Of a stretch of DNA of 64,000 bases, positions 18,620-28,452 are shown in pieces. This DNA comes from a virus. Lineage: Duplodnaviria; Heunggongvirae; Uroviricota; Caudoviricetes. The first letter of the stretch is position 1. Every line of letters starts with the position of its first letter. A program made the position numbers and the translations under genes. The notes beneath the pieces are model-generated. The model was not told where the DNA came from. It worked only from the letters and a program-made list of their open reading frames with translations, and searched no databases. The DNA is taken from IMG/VR virus record IMGVR_UViG_3300017971_000191; one strand, written 5' to 3'.

Positions 18620-20563
18620 CTACTTGGACGACTTCTTGGTAGAAGTCTTCTTCTTCGTCGCGGTGCCCTTGGTCGACTTCTTGGTGGAAGTCTTCTTCTT
18701 GGGCGCCGACGATGCGGTCGTCTTCTTGGCCGGGGCCTTCTTCGTCGTCTTCTTGGCCGGGGCCTTCTTCGTCGACTTCTTGGTGGAAGTCTTCTTCTTC
18801 GGCGGGGACGTGGCCTTGCTGGTGCGCTGGGACGAGCGGCTAGCCGCCTTCTTCCCGGCCGCATCGGCTTTGGCCATGGACTTGCTCATCTCGGCCTCCT
18901 TGTCGGAAGCCTCCTCATCGGGGTCGAACTCGGCCGAATCCTCGGAGTCCTCCTCGAACTCGTCGCCGCCTTCACCCTCGTCCTCGTCCTCCTCGGGTTC
19001 GTCGAAGCCGTAGTCGTCTTCCCCTTCCGGCTCCTCGTCCCCGCCCTCTTCCTCGGGCTCTTCCTCGTCGGAGTCCTCGAACTCGTCGTCCTCGCCGCCC
19101 TCGTCTTCATCCTCGGGCTCGTCGAACTCTTCGTCCTCGCCTTCGGGTTCCTCGAACTCCTCGTCGCCCTCTTCGTCCTCGGGCTCTTCGGCGTCCTCGT
19201 CACCCTCCTCCTCGTCGTCGCCCTCGGCAAACTCGTCCTCCTCGTCCGGGGCCGTCACGTCCTTGCCGCGCCGGGCACCCTTCTTCTTGCCGCTGGACTC
19301 GCCGGCGAACTCATCCTCGTCCTCGTCTTCGTCCTCGGCAGGCTCACCGTCCTGGTACTCGTCCTCGCCGCCGGGAACGACGCCCTGGGCGCGGTCGGCC
19401 AGGATGGCACGGACCTCTTCCGTGCCATACTCGTCCCAGTTGTCCGCCCAGGCAAACATCAGCAGCTTGGGAGCCGCCTTGAACGCCCTGGCGATGAGCG
19501 TACACTGCTCCTCGACGCTCGGGATGTGGAGCAGGCCCTCGCTGGCCTCCTCGTCGTCGATGTCGGGATACCAGAACTGCCACTTGGAGAAGATCTGCTC
19601 CGTGCCGGCCTCGTTGCGGTCGGGCGTGTAGACCTGGCCCTCGTGGCGGTACTTCCGGGAAACCAGGCACTCGTACGTCGGGAAGTCACCGTACTTCCCG
19701 TCCCAGGAGTGATGCTTGGTCTTGGGCCTGAACTGGCGGAAGTTCTTCGGACACCAGATGGTGAAGAACAGCCCGCCGCTGAGGATGCAAGTCTCCTCGT
19801 CGTAGTGACCGCACGGGTCGCCGTAGAAGAACGGTAGGGCCGGGTTGGCCGTCTCGTCGCCCTCGAAGCTATCCTTGCGGACGGCCAGCAGGGACATCAA
19901 GGCCTCACCGGCGGAGTCGCCCATCTCGACGATCACCAGATCGTCGTCGGGATCGGCTCCCAAGGGCAGCTCGCGGTCTTCGAGGTAGTCGCGCTCGCCG
20001 TTGCGGAAGACTTCGCCCTGGACATACCAGCGCGCCGTGGGCTTGCTGAGGGCGGGGCCATGCCCCTTCTTGCCCTTCAACAGCTTATTCCACTTGCTGT
20101 TCCAGGCCTTGCCGTTGGCGAACTCACCGGCGTCGTGGGCCGCAGTGGCCGTCCGGTAGAGCTTCCAGTACGGGCTGTTGGCCCGCCCCGCCTTGTCACC
20201 GGGACGGTAGAGGATGAAGGTGGCCTTCTCGCAATCGGGCATGCCGATGTACGCCGCCACCGGCATCCGCCGAATCCAGTAGCCCTGCTCCCGATCTTCC
20301 GTCCCCTTGCGGCCGGGATCGAGGTTCTCGTTGGGGCGCTCGTAGTCGAGTGACGGCCACGGCCGGAAGACGAGGATGCCTTCCTTGCCGCGGGGACGGA
20401 TCACCTGGACGCGACCGATCTTCTCGTTGATCGTGTAGTCGTCAGGCGGCAACGAGCTGTCCCGGCGCCCGAACTTCTCGTTGTCGTAGTCGTCTCGCTT
20501 GCGGGGCTTCAGGCCCCTGTTGACACGGCCCTTTCGGGCGCTGCTGCGCGTGGCTTTTGCCAA
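18620..20563 (-). CDS. Probable ssDNA-binding protein (gp32-like position) with long acidic tract and histone H1-like tail
   Basis: TTG start with AAGGAG RBS; FRPWP motif, aromatic core, long D/E tract, KKTTKKAPAKK repeats; located beside RecA and Pol. Confidence 0.55.
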   Translation of the reverse strand: MAKATRSSARKGRVNRGLKPRKRDDYDNEKFGRRDSSLPPDDYTINEKIGRVQVIRPRGKEGILVFRPWPSLDYERPNENLDPGRKGTEDREQGYWIRRMPVAAYIGMPDCEKATFILYRPGDKAGRANSPYWKLYRTATAAHDAGEFANGKAWNSKWNKLLKGKKGHGPALSKPTARWYVQGEVFRNGERDYLEDRELPLGADPDDDLVIVEMGDSAGEALMSLLAVRKDSFEGDETANPALPFFYGDPCGHYDEETCILSGGLFFTIWCPKNFRQFRPKTKHHSWDGKYGDFPTYECLVSRKYRHEGQVYTPDRNEAGTEQIFSKWQFWYPDIDDEEASEGLLHIPSVEEQCTLIARAFKAAPKLLMFAWADNWDEYGTEEVRAILADRAQGVVPGGEDEYQDGEPAEDEDEDEDEFAGESSGKKKGARRGKDVTAPDEEDEFAEGDDEEEGDEDAEEPEDEEGDEEFEEPEGEDEEFDEPEDEDEGGEDDEFEDSDEEEPEEEGGDEEPEGEDDYGFDEPEEDEDEGEGGDEFEEDSEDSAEFDPDEEASDKEAEMSKSMAKADAAGKKAASRSSQRTSKATSPPKKKTSTKKSTKKAPAKKTTKKAPAKKTTASSAPKKKTSTKKSTKGTATKKKTSTKKSSK

Positions 20564-20580
20564 GATACTCTCTCCTTCTT

Positions 20581-21264
20581 CTAGGTGAGGGGCCTAACGG
20601 CCTCCCGTACAAGGGACCAGACGTCCTCGTGGACGTCCTCGATGGGTCGAACGTGGCCATTCCGCTCAACGGGAACGACCTTCCACACGCCGGCGAAGTT
20701 GCGCCGGGAGACATCCGCGTAGGTGCCCCTGACCGCATGCTGGTAGGCCAGATTCGCCTCGTGGATGTCGGCTGCTTTGTCGGTGTACGCCCGCGGTTGC
20801 TTCTTGCGGACAAGATCGACTGCCATGTGAGGCGGCAAGTCGAGCTGGATGACCATGTCCGGGTGGGGCAGGCCATAGATCTCGTGCTCCAGCCGGAAAA
20901 GCCACTGAAAGAACTCGTCTCTCTCATCCGACCGGAGCTTCGCGCCCTGGTGGGCAGCGTTGCTGGGGACATAGCGGTCGCAGAGCACCGCCTCACGTAC
21001 AGCGATCTCTGCTTCCAGGTCTTCACGGGTCTCAAACCGGTCAAGAGCATAGGTCAGCGCAGCCAGCTTGGGATGGACGTCCCCAACCTCTCCAAAGCTG
21101 CCGTCCAGATACTTTCCGACCAGGGCCCCGCCGTCCGTCTCCTCGTAGCGGGGGAAGGCGAAAACGCCCACATCCGCGCCGAGTTCCGACTTCAAGCGTT
21201 CCACGGCTTTCGAGGTCTGCGTGCCCTTGCCGGTGCCGTCGATTCCTTCCAAAACGATGAACAT
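20581..21264 (-). CDS. tmk: Thymidylate kinase
   Basis: FIVLEGIDGTGKGTQ, FPRY, LCDRYVPSN and PDMVIQLD. Confidence 0.95.
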   Translation of the reverse strand: MFIVLEGIDGTGKGTQTSKAVERLKSELGADVGVFAFPRYEETDGGALVGKYLDGSFGEVGDVHPKLAALTYALDRFETREDLEAEIAVREAVLCDRYVPSNAAHQGAKLRSDERDEFFQWLFRLEHEIYGLPHPDMVIQLDLPPHMAVDLVRKKQPRAYTDKAADIHEANLAYQHAVRGTYADVSRRNFAGVWKVVPVERNGHVRPIEDVHEDVWSLVREAVRPLT

Positions 21265-21280
21265 CCGTACCTCCATTTTA

Positions 21281-24200
21281 TCAGGCGGCGAAGTTCACGA
21301 CGACACCATCTCCGGCCCAAGTTCCGGTCGGCATCCCACGCTCTTTCGCAACCTCTACCGAGAGCTTCTCACCCCAGTGCTCCATCACGTCCGCCTCGAT
21401 GCCGAGATGGTACGGTCCGGCCCCTGTGGGCTTCCCGCCCAACGTGGACGGATAGATTGGAACCATCTTACACATGGCCCACGGAAGCACTTCCTGGGCC
21501 ACAAACTCCACGTTCTCGTAGGGCACCTCCAGAAGGATAGCGTCGTGAATCTGGAGAAGAATCCGGAACAGATCCGGGTCCCCCACCTGACGCTTGTAGT
21601 CCTTCAGGTAGGCAATGGCCCTGGAGACGGCAGACGCGATCATCCCCTGGATCGGGAAGTTCATGGCCTGCCGCTCGAACTCACCCTGGAGGGCGAAGTC
21701 GTCGACGTAGGGGAACCGGCGGAACCGGCCGAAGCAGTGGCACAGCCACCGCTGGGACGGGTCGCGGCCGATACTGCCGTCGCTGCGGACGACGATCCCC
21801 TGGGAGCGGTTCTTGCACTCGTCGAAGAACGGGATCAGACCCGGATACATAGCGAAGATCGTGTCGATCACTCGCTGTGCTTCGTCGACGGTGATCCGCA
21901 CTCCCTGCTCCTTAGCAGCCAGCGCGATGGCCTTGGCGCCGCGTCCGTACGCGATGCCGAAGATCACGCTCTTGGCGACGATCCGCAGGTGCTTCTTCTT
22001 GATGCTTGCCAGCCCCGTTTTGGTCGGCTCGCATTTCAAGTTGAAGGCCATGACAGCCACGTTGGAGTGGATGTCGTAGAACAACGGATCTTCCTCGGGA
22101 AGCTGGTTCCGGGTGGCATGCTCGATCATCAGACGATCGCCCGACATGATCGCCATGCCATACAGCTCGGCTCCCACGTAGTCGGCCTCCAGGAGCACGT
22201 GCCCCGGGCTGGCCATGAGGATCGAGCGGAGCTTGTGCTTGTACTCGTCGCCCAAGAGCCGCTCGTAGTCCGGGTCCCGCTGCTTGGCGAAGTTCTGGAG
22301 GTTGGGCCTCGCTGAACTCCACCGGCCGGTCTCCTTGGTCTGATACATGTGCGTGCGGACACGCCCGTCGTCACAGACCTGGGAAGCCAGCCCCGCCTCG
22401 TAGATCAGGTTCTCCGTGCCGCCGCCTTCGGAATCGGACTCGTAGAGCCAGTTGCCCTCGTCGTCGGTGGCCGGCGGCCGAAGCACCGTCTTGAGCACCT
22501 GGTCGAGAAAACGGTAGTCTCGAATCCAGTTGACCTGCTTGTCGAACTCCTCGTTCTCCTGGGCGAGAACCGACAGCACCATCTTGTTGGTCGAGGGGCT
22601 GAACTGATCCTCCTTGCCCCAGGACACCACATCCGACCACAACTTGGGCGGCTTGCTGGTGGTGATTAGCGGCTCCAGGTAGAGCGAGCGCCCTCCGGGA
22701 GACTTGCCGGTACCCCTGCACGCCTTGCAGCCGTACTTGGACTTGGATTTACCGTCCTTCTTGCCTGTGCCGTCGCAGAATCCGCACGTCTCCCCTTTAG
22801 CGGGACGGATGCGGATCGTGGAGCCGTCCGGCGTTACCTTGCCGTTGAGATCCTCGCCGAAGAGGAACTCCTTGACATGCTGGACGCTGCGGATGTTGAA
22901 CTCGGGCCACTGGGCCCAACGCTTCACCCGCCGCTCCTGCGAGGCCCTGGCGGCCATGAACGACTTGGTCAGGGCGTCGATCCGCGGTCGATCCACGGGG
23001 ATACCGTTGCGGTGAATCTCCAGCACGGCGGGGGCCGCAATCTGGGACTCCCAGAACGCCTCGCGACAACAGTTGCCGTCATGGTCGTAGTCCAGGAGCT
23101 TGTTCAGCTCGTAGTAGAGCCGCAAGGTTCCGTCCGCGTCGTAGCAGGCATAGTTCAGCGTGCCATGCTTGGCCCGCTCCTCGGGCGTCGGGCAGAGAAT
23201 GTAGTCGGGACACTCCCCGTAACCCTCCAAGGCGCCGGCCTTCAGGCCGTGCTCCTTGCAGTAGGCCTCCCGCCAGTCATGCAGCCACACGTCGTACCGG
23301 GGCACGGTCGTGTACCGCATCAGCAACGCCTCCAAAGCGTAACGAGCCGACTCCTCGACGGCATGAGCCATCAAGCCGGTATCCGCGCCGCCCTCGTAAC
23401 GAGTCCGCACCCAGGCAGGAACCGTCCGCTTGAAACCGAGCTTCTTATAGAGCTTCTTCCGTCGCGAGTCACACTTGCGAAGGTCCAGGTCGTACAGGGG
23501 GACCTGGAACTCGGCCTCGATGTCCAAGCCAGCCTCGACGAGATGTTCGAGGTCAGCATTGAAGAAGTGGCCGACGACTCGCTTCTTGCGAAACTTGCCG
23601 CGCTTGCCTTTGATGAACTCGCGCAGCCTGTCGATCGCCTGGTCGAGGGCCGGCTCCCCGTCCGAGTCGAAGAACGCCAGCTTACCGCCCTGACTGCGCA
23701 GCTTAACACAGATGCAGTGCTTGGGCCTCCAGGACAACTGGATCGTGCGGAGATAAGCGTTCTTATTCACCGCATGCTCGCCGTGCCATTCGGCGTCCAT
23801 GGCGATCACGCTGTCCTTCTTCTTCGGATCTCCCTCAATCTCGGCAAGGTACTGCTCCAGTTCGTCCAGGTCGGTGATGACGTCGTGAAGGACGCCCTTC
23901 TCCTCCTTGTCGAAGCGGATGCCCTGCTGAAGAAGGTTGAACCTGGACAGGCCGCGTTCGAGCTGCCGCTCCAAAGACTGCTCGCGGGCGACCTGGGCCG
24001 GATGAATGACGGTCATCACCAAGGTGGTGTGGGTTTCCTCGTCACCCGGCTTGATGCCCACGTTGTACTTCAGCTCCATCACCCGGCCGTCCATGTAGCC
24101 GACGCCGAAGCGGGACCCCAGGAGGGCCTTCGAGGCGTCGGCACCCAGGCACAGGATGTACTTGGGCCGGACAATCCGCAGCTCCTGATGAAGCAGGGGC

Positions 24201-24880
24201 ATGCAGTCCTTCAGCCAGGCAGCTCGCACGTTGGTGGTGCCGTCCGGCGGCCGGTACTTCAACAGGTTGGTGGTGTACCAGCGCGGCGAACCCTTCACCC
24301 GCAACAGACTCAGCAGGCGAATCAGAACCTCGCCCGAAGGGCCGATGAAATTCCGTAGCTGATCCTCCTCCTCGCGTCCCGGCATCTTGCCCACGACCAT
24401 GACGTCGGCCTTGTGGGGCCCATCCGTGCCGGTGGCGTCGATGTCCGGGGACAGCATGCTGTCCTTGTACTGCTGGATGTGCTGACCCCAAATGTGGCCA
24501 GGAACGAAGGTCACATCCTTCGTCCGTCCGCCTCGCAGCTCGATGGGGATGGAGAATCCCGGCTTGCGGAGAGCCTTCAGGTAGAGCCGTTCCAGCACCC
24601 CGCCGATCGCGTAACGAGTTTCGGTCCGCTTCCCCGACTTCTTCGTGGGGTCGTCGACCTTGATCTTCTCTTCCTTCGTCTCCTCGTCACCCAACGACTG
24701 GGCATGACGGACGAAGTTCGGGCCCGGAAGCGGCATCCCTGGAGCATCCAACGGATACATCCCACGATGCCGCACCTCTCGTAACCATTCGCCTTTGGCA
24801 ATCACCTCGCGGGCTTCCCGGCGGGACACGCCCTTGCCGTCTCGCTTGCGGAGCTTGCCGATGCGTCGTGTAGTTTTCAT
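21281..24880 (-). CDS. Family A DNA polymerase with N-terminal UDG(family 4)-like domain and 3'-5' exonuclease
   Basis: UDG-like VGKMPG...FIGPSG...IHPA; exonuclease MDAEW, HFFNAD, YACYD; polymerase TGRWSS, ADYVGAEL (A), AKSVIFGIAYG (B), QIHDAI (C). Confidence 0.95.
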   Translation of the reverse strand: MKTTRRIGKLRKRDGKGVSRREAREVIAKGEWLREVRHRGMYPLDAPGMPLPGPNFVRHAQSLGDEETKEEKIKVDDPTKKSGKRTETRYAIGGVLERLYLKALRKPGFSIPIELRGGRTKDVTFVPGHIWGQHIQQYKDSMLSPDIDATGTDGPHKADVMVVGKMPGREEEDQLRNFIGPSGEVLIRLLSLLRVKGSPRWYTTNLLKYRPPDGTTNVRAAWLKDCMPLLHQELRIVRPKYILCLGADASKALLGSRFGVGYMDGRVMELKYNVGIKPGDEETHTTLVMTVIHPAQVAREQSLERQLERGLSRFNLLQQGIRFDKEEKGVLHDVITDLDELEQYLAEIEGDPKKKDSVIAMDAEWHGEHAVNKNAYLRTIQLSWRPKHCICVKLRSQGGKLAFFDSDGEPALDQAIDRLREFIKGKRGKFRKKRVVGHFFNADLEHLVEAGLDIEAEFQVPLYDLDLRKCDSRRKKLYKKLGFKRTVPAWVRTRYEGGADTGLMAHAVEESARYALEALLMRYTTVPRYDVWLHDWREAYCKEHGLKAGALEGYGECPDYILCPTPEERAKHGTLNYACYDADGTLRLYYELNKLLDYDHDGNCCREAFWESQIAAPAVLEIHRNGIPVDRPRIDALTKSFMAARASQERRVKRWAQWPEFNIRSVQHVKEFLFGEDLNGKVTPDGSTIRIRPAKGETCGFCDGTGKKDGKSKSKYGCKACRGTGKSPGGRSLYLEPLITTSKPPKLWSDVVSWGKEDQFSPSTNKMVLSVLAQENEEFDKQVNWIRDYRFLDQVLKTVLRPPATDDEGNWLYESDSEGGGTENLIYEAGLASQVCDDGRVRTHMYQTKETGRWSSARPNLQNFAKQRDPDYERLLGDEYKHKLRSILMASPGHVLLEADYVGAELYGMAIMSGDRLMIEHATRNQLPEEDPLFYDIHSNVAVMAFNLKCEPTKTGLASIKKKHLRIVAKSVIFGIAYGRGAKAIALAAKEQGVRITVDEAQRVIDTIFAMYPGLIPFFDECKNRSQGIVVRSDGSIGRDPSQRWLCHCFGRFRRFPYVDDFALQGEFERQAMNFPIQGMIASAVSRAIAYLKDYKRQVGDPDLFRILLQIHDAILLEVPYENVEFVAQEVLPWAMCKMVPIYPSTLGGKPTGAGPYHLGIEADVMEHWGEKLSVEVAKERGMPTGTWAGDGVVVNFAA

Positions 24881-25938
24881 ACCAATTCCCAGGAGACGCG
24901 AACGCCTTGCTTCTTGGCTTCCTGCTCGACGTAGTCCCGCATGAACCAACGATCGAGGCTACCGGGGTCGCGGCCTTTCGGCAGTTTGACCGCGGCGAAG
25001 CCCTCGGCAAAGGCGTCTTCCAACTCACGAATCAGCTTCTGGGTCTTCTCCTTCTCATACTCTTCGGGGTCCCACAGGAGGACGAACGACCGATCCTTGA
25101 AGACCGAGGTGATCTTCTGCTTCTGGAAGTGGGTCATGCCCGCACCCAGAGTGCAGCAGGACATGGGGCCGAACGACCAGACATCGGTTGGACCTTCCAC
25201 GCCGACCCCCGTGTGGTAGCGACGGGCGTTGGCGATGTTGTAGACCACCATCCGCCGGGGAGTTCCCGGCATGGTGTAATACTTCGGAGGCGCACCATCC
25301 TTGTCCCAGCGAACATCGTCCCGGGGAGCACGCGCCTGCCAGCCGATCATCCGCTTCTTGGAATAGACGGGAATGATCAGCCGCTGACGAGCCAGCCAAC
25401 GAAACGAGTCGTGGCAGTAGTGGACATTGTAGAAGGGCCCGATCCGCCGAGGATCGAAATCCCGGGAGACAAGGTACTGGTAGGCCTTGTGACTCTGCTT
25501 CAAATGGTCCACACGAGTCACGGGACCTGGCCACTCGGCATATACCTCGTCCAGGTTGACCTCCTTGCCTTCGTGGATGCGAGCGTGATCCAGACCTCCA
25601 CTGGTTCCTACCTCGGCAACCTCCTCGTACAACTCCAGGCGACGATCCGCCGTCCCGAGACACATCGTCTCGTTAAAGCAGATCGCCATCCAGAGATTGC
25701 GGTAGCCCCGCTCGTCCCGCTTGCCCCACATGTGGTTGATGTAGAGACGGAACCTGGTGTCGGAACAGAATGGGCAGCAGACGATATAGTATTCGCCCGG
25801 ATGGACGAGGTCCTTCATCTCGTTGCCATGCAGGTCATGGCAGTATCGCGAGACTTGTTTCTCGTTCTGGTTGCCGACCTTCACCGTCCCGAACCGGCGG
25901 CGGAGCATGTTGTAAAGCGCAGGGTTGAGTGGTTTCAT
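24877..25938 (-). CDS. DNA primase (Zn finger + TOPRIM)
   Basis: CPFC...CFN, RLIIPV, WQAR, KYY, VEGPTD, WD and DPG. Confidence 0.88.
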   Translation of the reverse strand: MKPLNPALYNMLRRRFGTVKVGNQNEKQVSRYCHDLHGNEMKDLVHPGEYYIVCCPFCSDTRFRLYINHMWGKRDERGYRNLWMAICFNETMCLGTADRRLELYEEVAEVGTSGGLDHARIHEGKEVNLDEVYAEWPGPVTRVDHLKQSHKAYQYLVSRDFDPRRIGPFYNVHYCHDSFRWLARQRLIIPVYSKKRMIGWQARAPRDDVRWDKDGAPPKYYTMPGTPRRMVVYNIANARRYHTGVGVEGPTDVWSFGPMSCCTLGAGMTHFQKQKITSVFKDRSFVLLWDPEEYEKEKTQKLIRELEDAFAEGFAAVKLPKGRDPGSLDRWFMRDYVEQEAKKQGVRVSWELV

Positions 25939-27626
25939 TCTTTGGGGGCCGTCCAAGCCTCACTGTGTCCAGTGCTCTTAGGCTTCTTCTTCTCGGTCGA
26001 CGACTTGTGACTGGTGGTCACCGGGGTCGACTCTTCGGCCGTGCTCTGCAAGACCGACTTGGCCACGATCTTCTGATTCTTGAGAACCATGTCGTCGGCC
26101 ACTACGATCCGGTGGATCTCACCGTACAGCCGGAGCACCTGCTGTTTCATGGCGCGGGTCCGACGATGCTTGGTCGAGTGGATCACGCAAATCCCGCCCG
26201 GGGTCAGCGCTCCGACGACGAAGCAGAAATCGAGGTTCTCCGCGAAGTTCTTGGCCTCCGCGGCCAGGGTGTAGTGCATGTCGGCGCCGGCCGTCTTCTC
26301 GTTGCCCTTCTTGTCGAGCTGGTGCATGATCCACACCGGGCAATCGTAGTAGTCGGCGATGAGCGTCTTGGCACGCAACGGAGCGCCACCGATAAGGTGA
26401 CGAAGGTGGTTCTCGTCCTTGTCACTCGTGACGAGATGCCGCTTGGCCATCACGCCGGCGTAGTCGATCACCACCGCGTCGATGGTGGCGTTGTCCACCT
26501 TCCGCTTCCGCAGCTCCCACTTGATCCGGCGGGCGATCTCCTCGACGTAGCCGGAGCCGACGCCGCGGTTTCCCTCACCGTGGCCCGTCATGTCGAGCAC
26601 AATCAAGTGCTCGTTGATCATGGCCATGGTCGTCTTGGCCCGCTCCTGCTCGCCCCGTACTTTGCGCCCGGCCTTGATGGCCTTCTTGTAGCGCCGCTTC
26701 TCGTACGGCTTGAGATGGTCGCTGTCGGACAGCGTGGCCAACCCGCCGGGACCCATATCCTCCAGGGACTTGCGGGGGATCTTGGCGTCGAACATCAGGA
26801 CGCGATTACGGACCTCCTGCATCCGAGCTTCGTAGGTCACGAGGACGCTGAAACCGTGGCTGCCGTCCCAGTCCGGGGACTGCTTCCGCTCGGCCGCCTG
26901 CTTCGCTTTGCTGACGGCGTAGTTGACGGCGATGGTGGTCTTGCAGGCCCCGTAGGGACCCATCAAACCATAGACCTCGCCGTCCACGTCCCCGCCGTTG
27001 AGGAAGTGGTCGAGGAACGGCAGTCCGGTGGGACGCTTCTGCACGCCCCCGCCGGCGTCCCAGCCGTCAGGAAAGACGGTGGCCTGGCTCGTCGTGCCGA
27101 TCGCGTCGATCACGTCGCTCCGCTCGCGAGTCTCCTCCAGGTAGGTCCCCAGCTCGACGACGACCTGGCCGGCGGACTTGACCTCCTCGCGAATCGCATG
27201 GGCCAGACGCTCCTGAAGAAACCGCCGGAGAGTCTTCAACCCCCAGGTGGTCTTCAGCTTGTCATCCTCGGCCCAATACTCGTCGTCGAACGCGAGATCG
27301 ACAACGGCGTTGAGGCTTTCCACCTCCTCGTCGGTGAGGAGATCGGGATTGTCTTCGAGAGCGGAGTCGATCTCCGCAAACATCAACTCGCGGGACGGGA
27401 GCTGGTCGTACTCCTCGTAGAACTGCAAGACGACCCGCCACGCCAGAGCATAATGGGCGTCGGCGGCAGAGAAGTGCTCCGTCTTCAGCGTGTCCTTCGC
27501 CTCCTCGAAGACCTCGGGGCGGCGGAGCAGGAGCACCATCAGAACTTCCTTGTCTCTCGCCGAAACGATGCTCCGTTTCTTGGACGCGGCGGAGACAGAA
27601 TGGGTTTTCTTGCCAGGAGTGGCCAT
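25935..27626 (-). CDS. Replicative DnaB-like (SF4) helicase
   Basis: PTGLPFLD, GPYGACKT, TYE, VVIDYA and HQL. Confidence 0.88.
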   Translation of the reverse strand: MATPGKKTHSVSAASKKRSIVSARDKEVLMVLLLRRPEVFEEAKDTLKTEHFSAADAHYALAWRVVLQFYEEYDQLPSRELMFAEIDSALEDNPDLLTDEEVESLNAVVDLAFDDEYWAEDDKLKTTWGLKTLRRFLQERLAHAIREEVKSAGQVVVELGTYLEETRERSDVIDAIGTTSQATVFPDGWDAGGGVQKRPTGLPFLDHFLNGGDVDGEVYGLMGPYGACKTTIAVNYAVSKAKQAAERKQSPDWDGSHGFSVLVTYEARMQEVRNRVLMFDAKIPRKSLEDMGPGGLATLSDSDHLKPYEKRRYKKAIKAGRKVRGEQERAKTTMAMINEHLIVLDMTGHGEGNRGVGSGYVEEIARRIKWELRKRKVDNATIDAVVIDYAGVMAKRHLVTSDKDENHLRHLIGGAPLRAKTLIADYYDCPVWIMHQLDKKGNEKTAGADMHYTLAAEAKNFAENLDFCFVVGALTPGGICVIHSTKHRRTRAMKQQVLRLYGEIHRIVVADDMVLKNQKIVAKSVLQSTAEESTPVTTSHKSSTEKKKPKSTGHSEAWTAPKE

Positions 27627-27687
27627 GGCTTCTTCCTCTTGTCACGGTTTTGCTGCACACCACACGTCGCGGTTGGCGACCACGACG

Positions 27688-28452
27688 TCATACGATCAGA
27701 TCATCATACGCTTTCTGGGCCAACCTTTTGAAGTCCAAAGGGATGAAATTTCCCCAGACCACGTCGTATTCCTCCCTGGCCCGCACGTATTGAAGGGCCG
27801 CAGCGTCCAGAAACTCCTTCTTGGCCCTCGCCGAAAAGTCCTTCCGCCTGAGGCTCCTGGCCAGGCAGTAGCGGAACAGGGGAGTCAATTCCAAGGCTTC
27901 GTCGTCCAGCACGAGGCTGAAAGCCGAGAGCATGGTCTCCCCGCCGAACTGCTGAAGATGGGTAAGTTCCGTCCGCGCCGTCGTCTGCTGACATCGCAGC
28001 GAAGCCGTCAGGTCCTGACGGAGCCGGCGGCGGGATAGCCGGTACAGCTCCATATAACGATCGGAGAGGAGTTGGGCCGGAGTCGGCGGATTCGTCTCCT
28101 TGCCGACGAGCATGAAGAAGACCCTCTGGACATAATCCACCGGGTCGATCTCCTTAGCCCACAGCCCCTTCGCGATTTTCTGCCAGACGTTGTCCAGCTC
28201 CGTGTCTTCTACGGCCTCGTCAAGCATGTCGTGAACATGGGCCCCACGGGACAGGAGCTTACCACCATCAAGCCGTCTGCCGGGCTTGTAGGCTTCTTGT
28301 TTGCCCGAACGCTGTGAGTCGAAGAACTGCCGCTCCAGAATGTAGGCACTCTTGAGCCGCCTCGCCTCGCCGACGATCGGGGATTCTCGCGGCCGGGGCT
28401 TGCGCCTCGATTGCCGCGACGGTCGATTCTCGTCACCGGGTCTCTTCTTCAT
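27688..28452 (-). CDS. Hypothetical protein in the replication cluster
   Basis: Start MKKRPG coupled to the helicase stop. Confidence 0.6.
   Translation of the reverse strand: MKKRPGDENRPSRQSRRKPRPRESPIVGEARRLKSAYILERQFFDSQRSGKQEAYKPGRRLDGGKLLSRGAHVHDMLDEAVEDTELDNVWQKIAKGLWAKEIDPVDYVQRVFFMLVGKETNPPTPAQLLSDRYMELYRLSRRRLRQDLTASLRCQQTTARTELTHLQQFGGETMLSAFSLVLDDEALELTPLFRYCLARSLRRKDFSARAKKEFLDAAALQYVRAREEYDVVWGNFIPLDFKRLAQKAYDDLIV

Noticed and set aside
18880-19370. tcgtcc/tcctc-rich repetitive DNA resembling an array
   Set aside because: It encodes the Asp/Glu tract of the SSB-like protein; there is no repeat-spacer structure.
21281-24880. Intein or intron in the polymerase
   Set aside because: The ORF is continuous; extra length is explained by the UDG and Zn-finger domains, and no splice motifs were seen.
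22877-27731. Long plus-strand ORFs (e.g. 22877-24358, 25929-27731) and minus ORF 55866-57611
   Set aside because: They are antisense shadows of well-supported genes, expected from high-GC codon bias, and carry no motifs.
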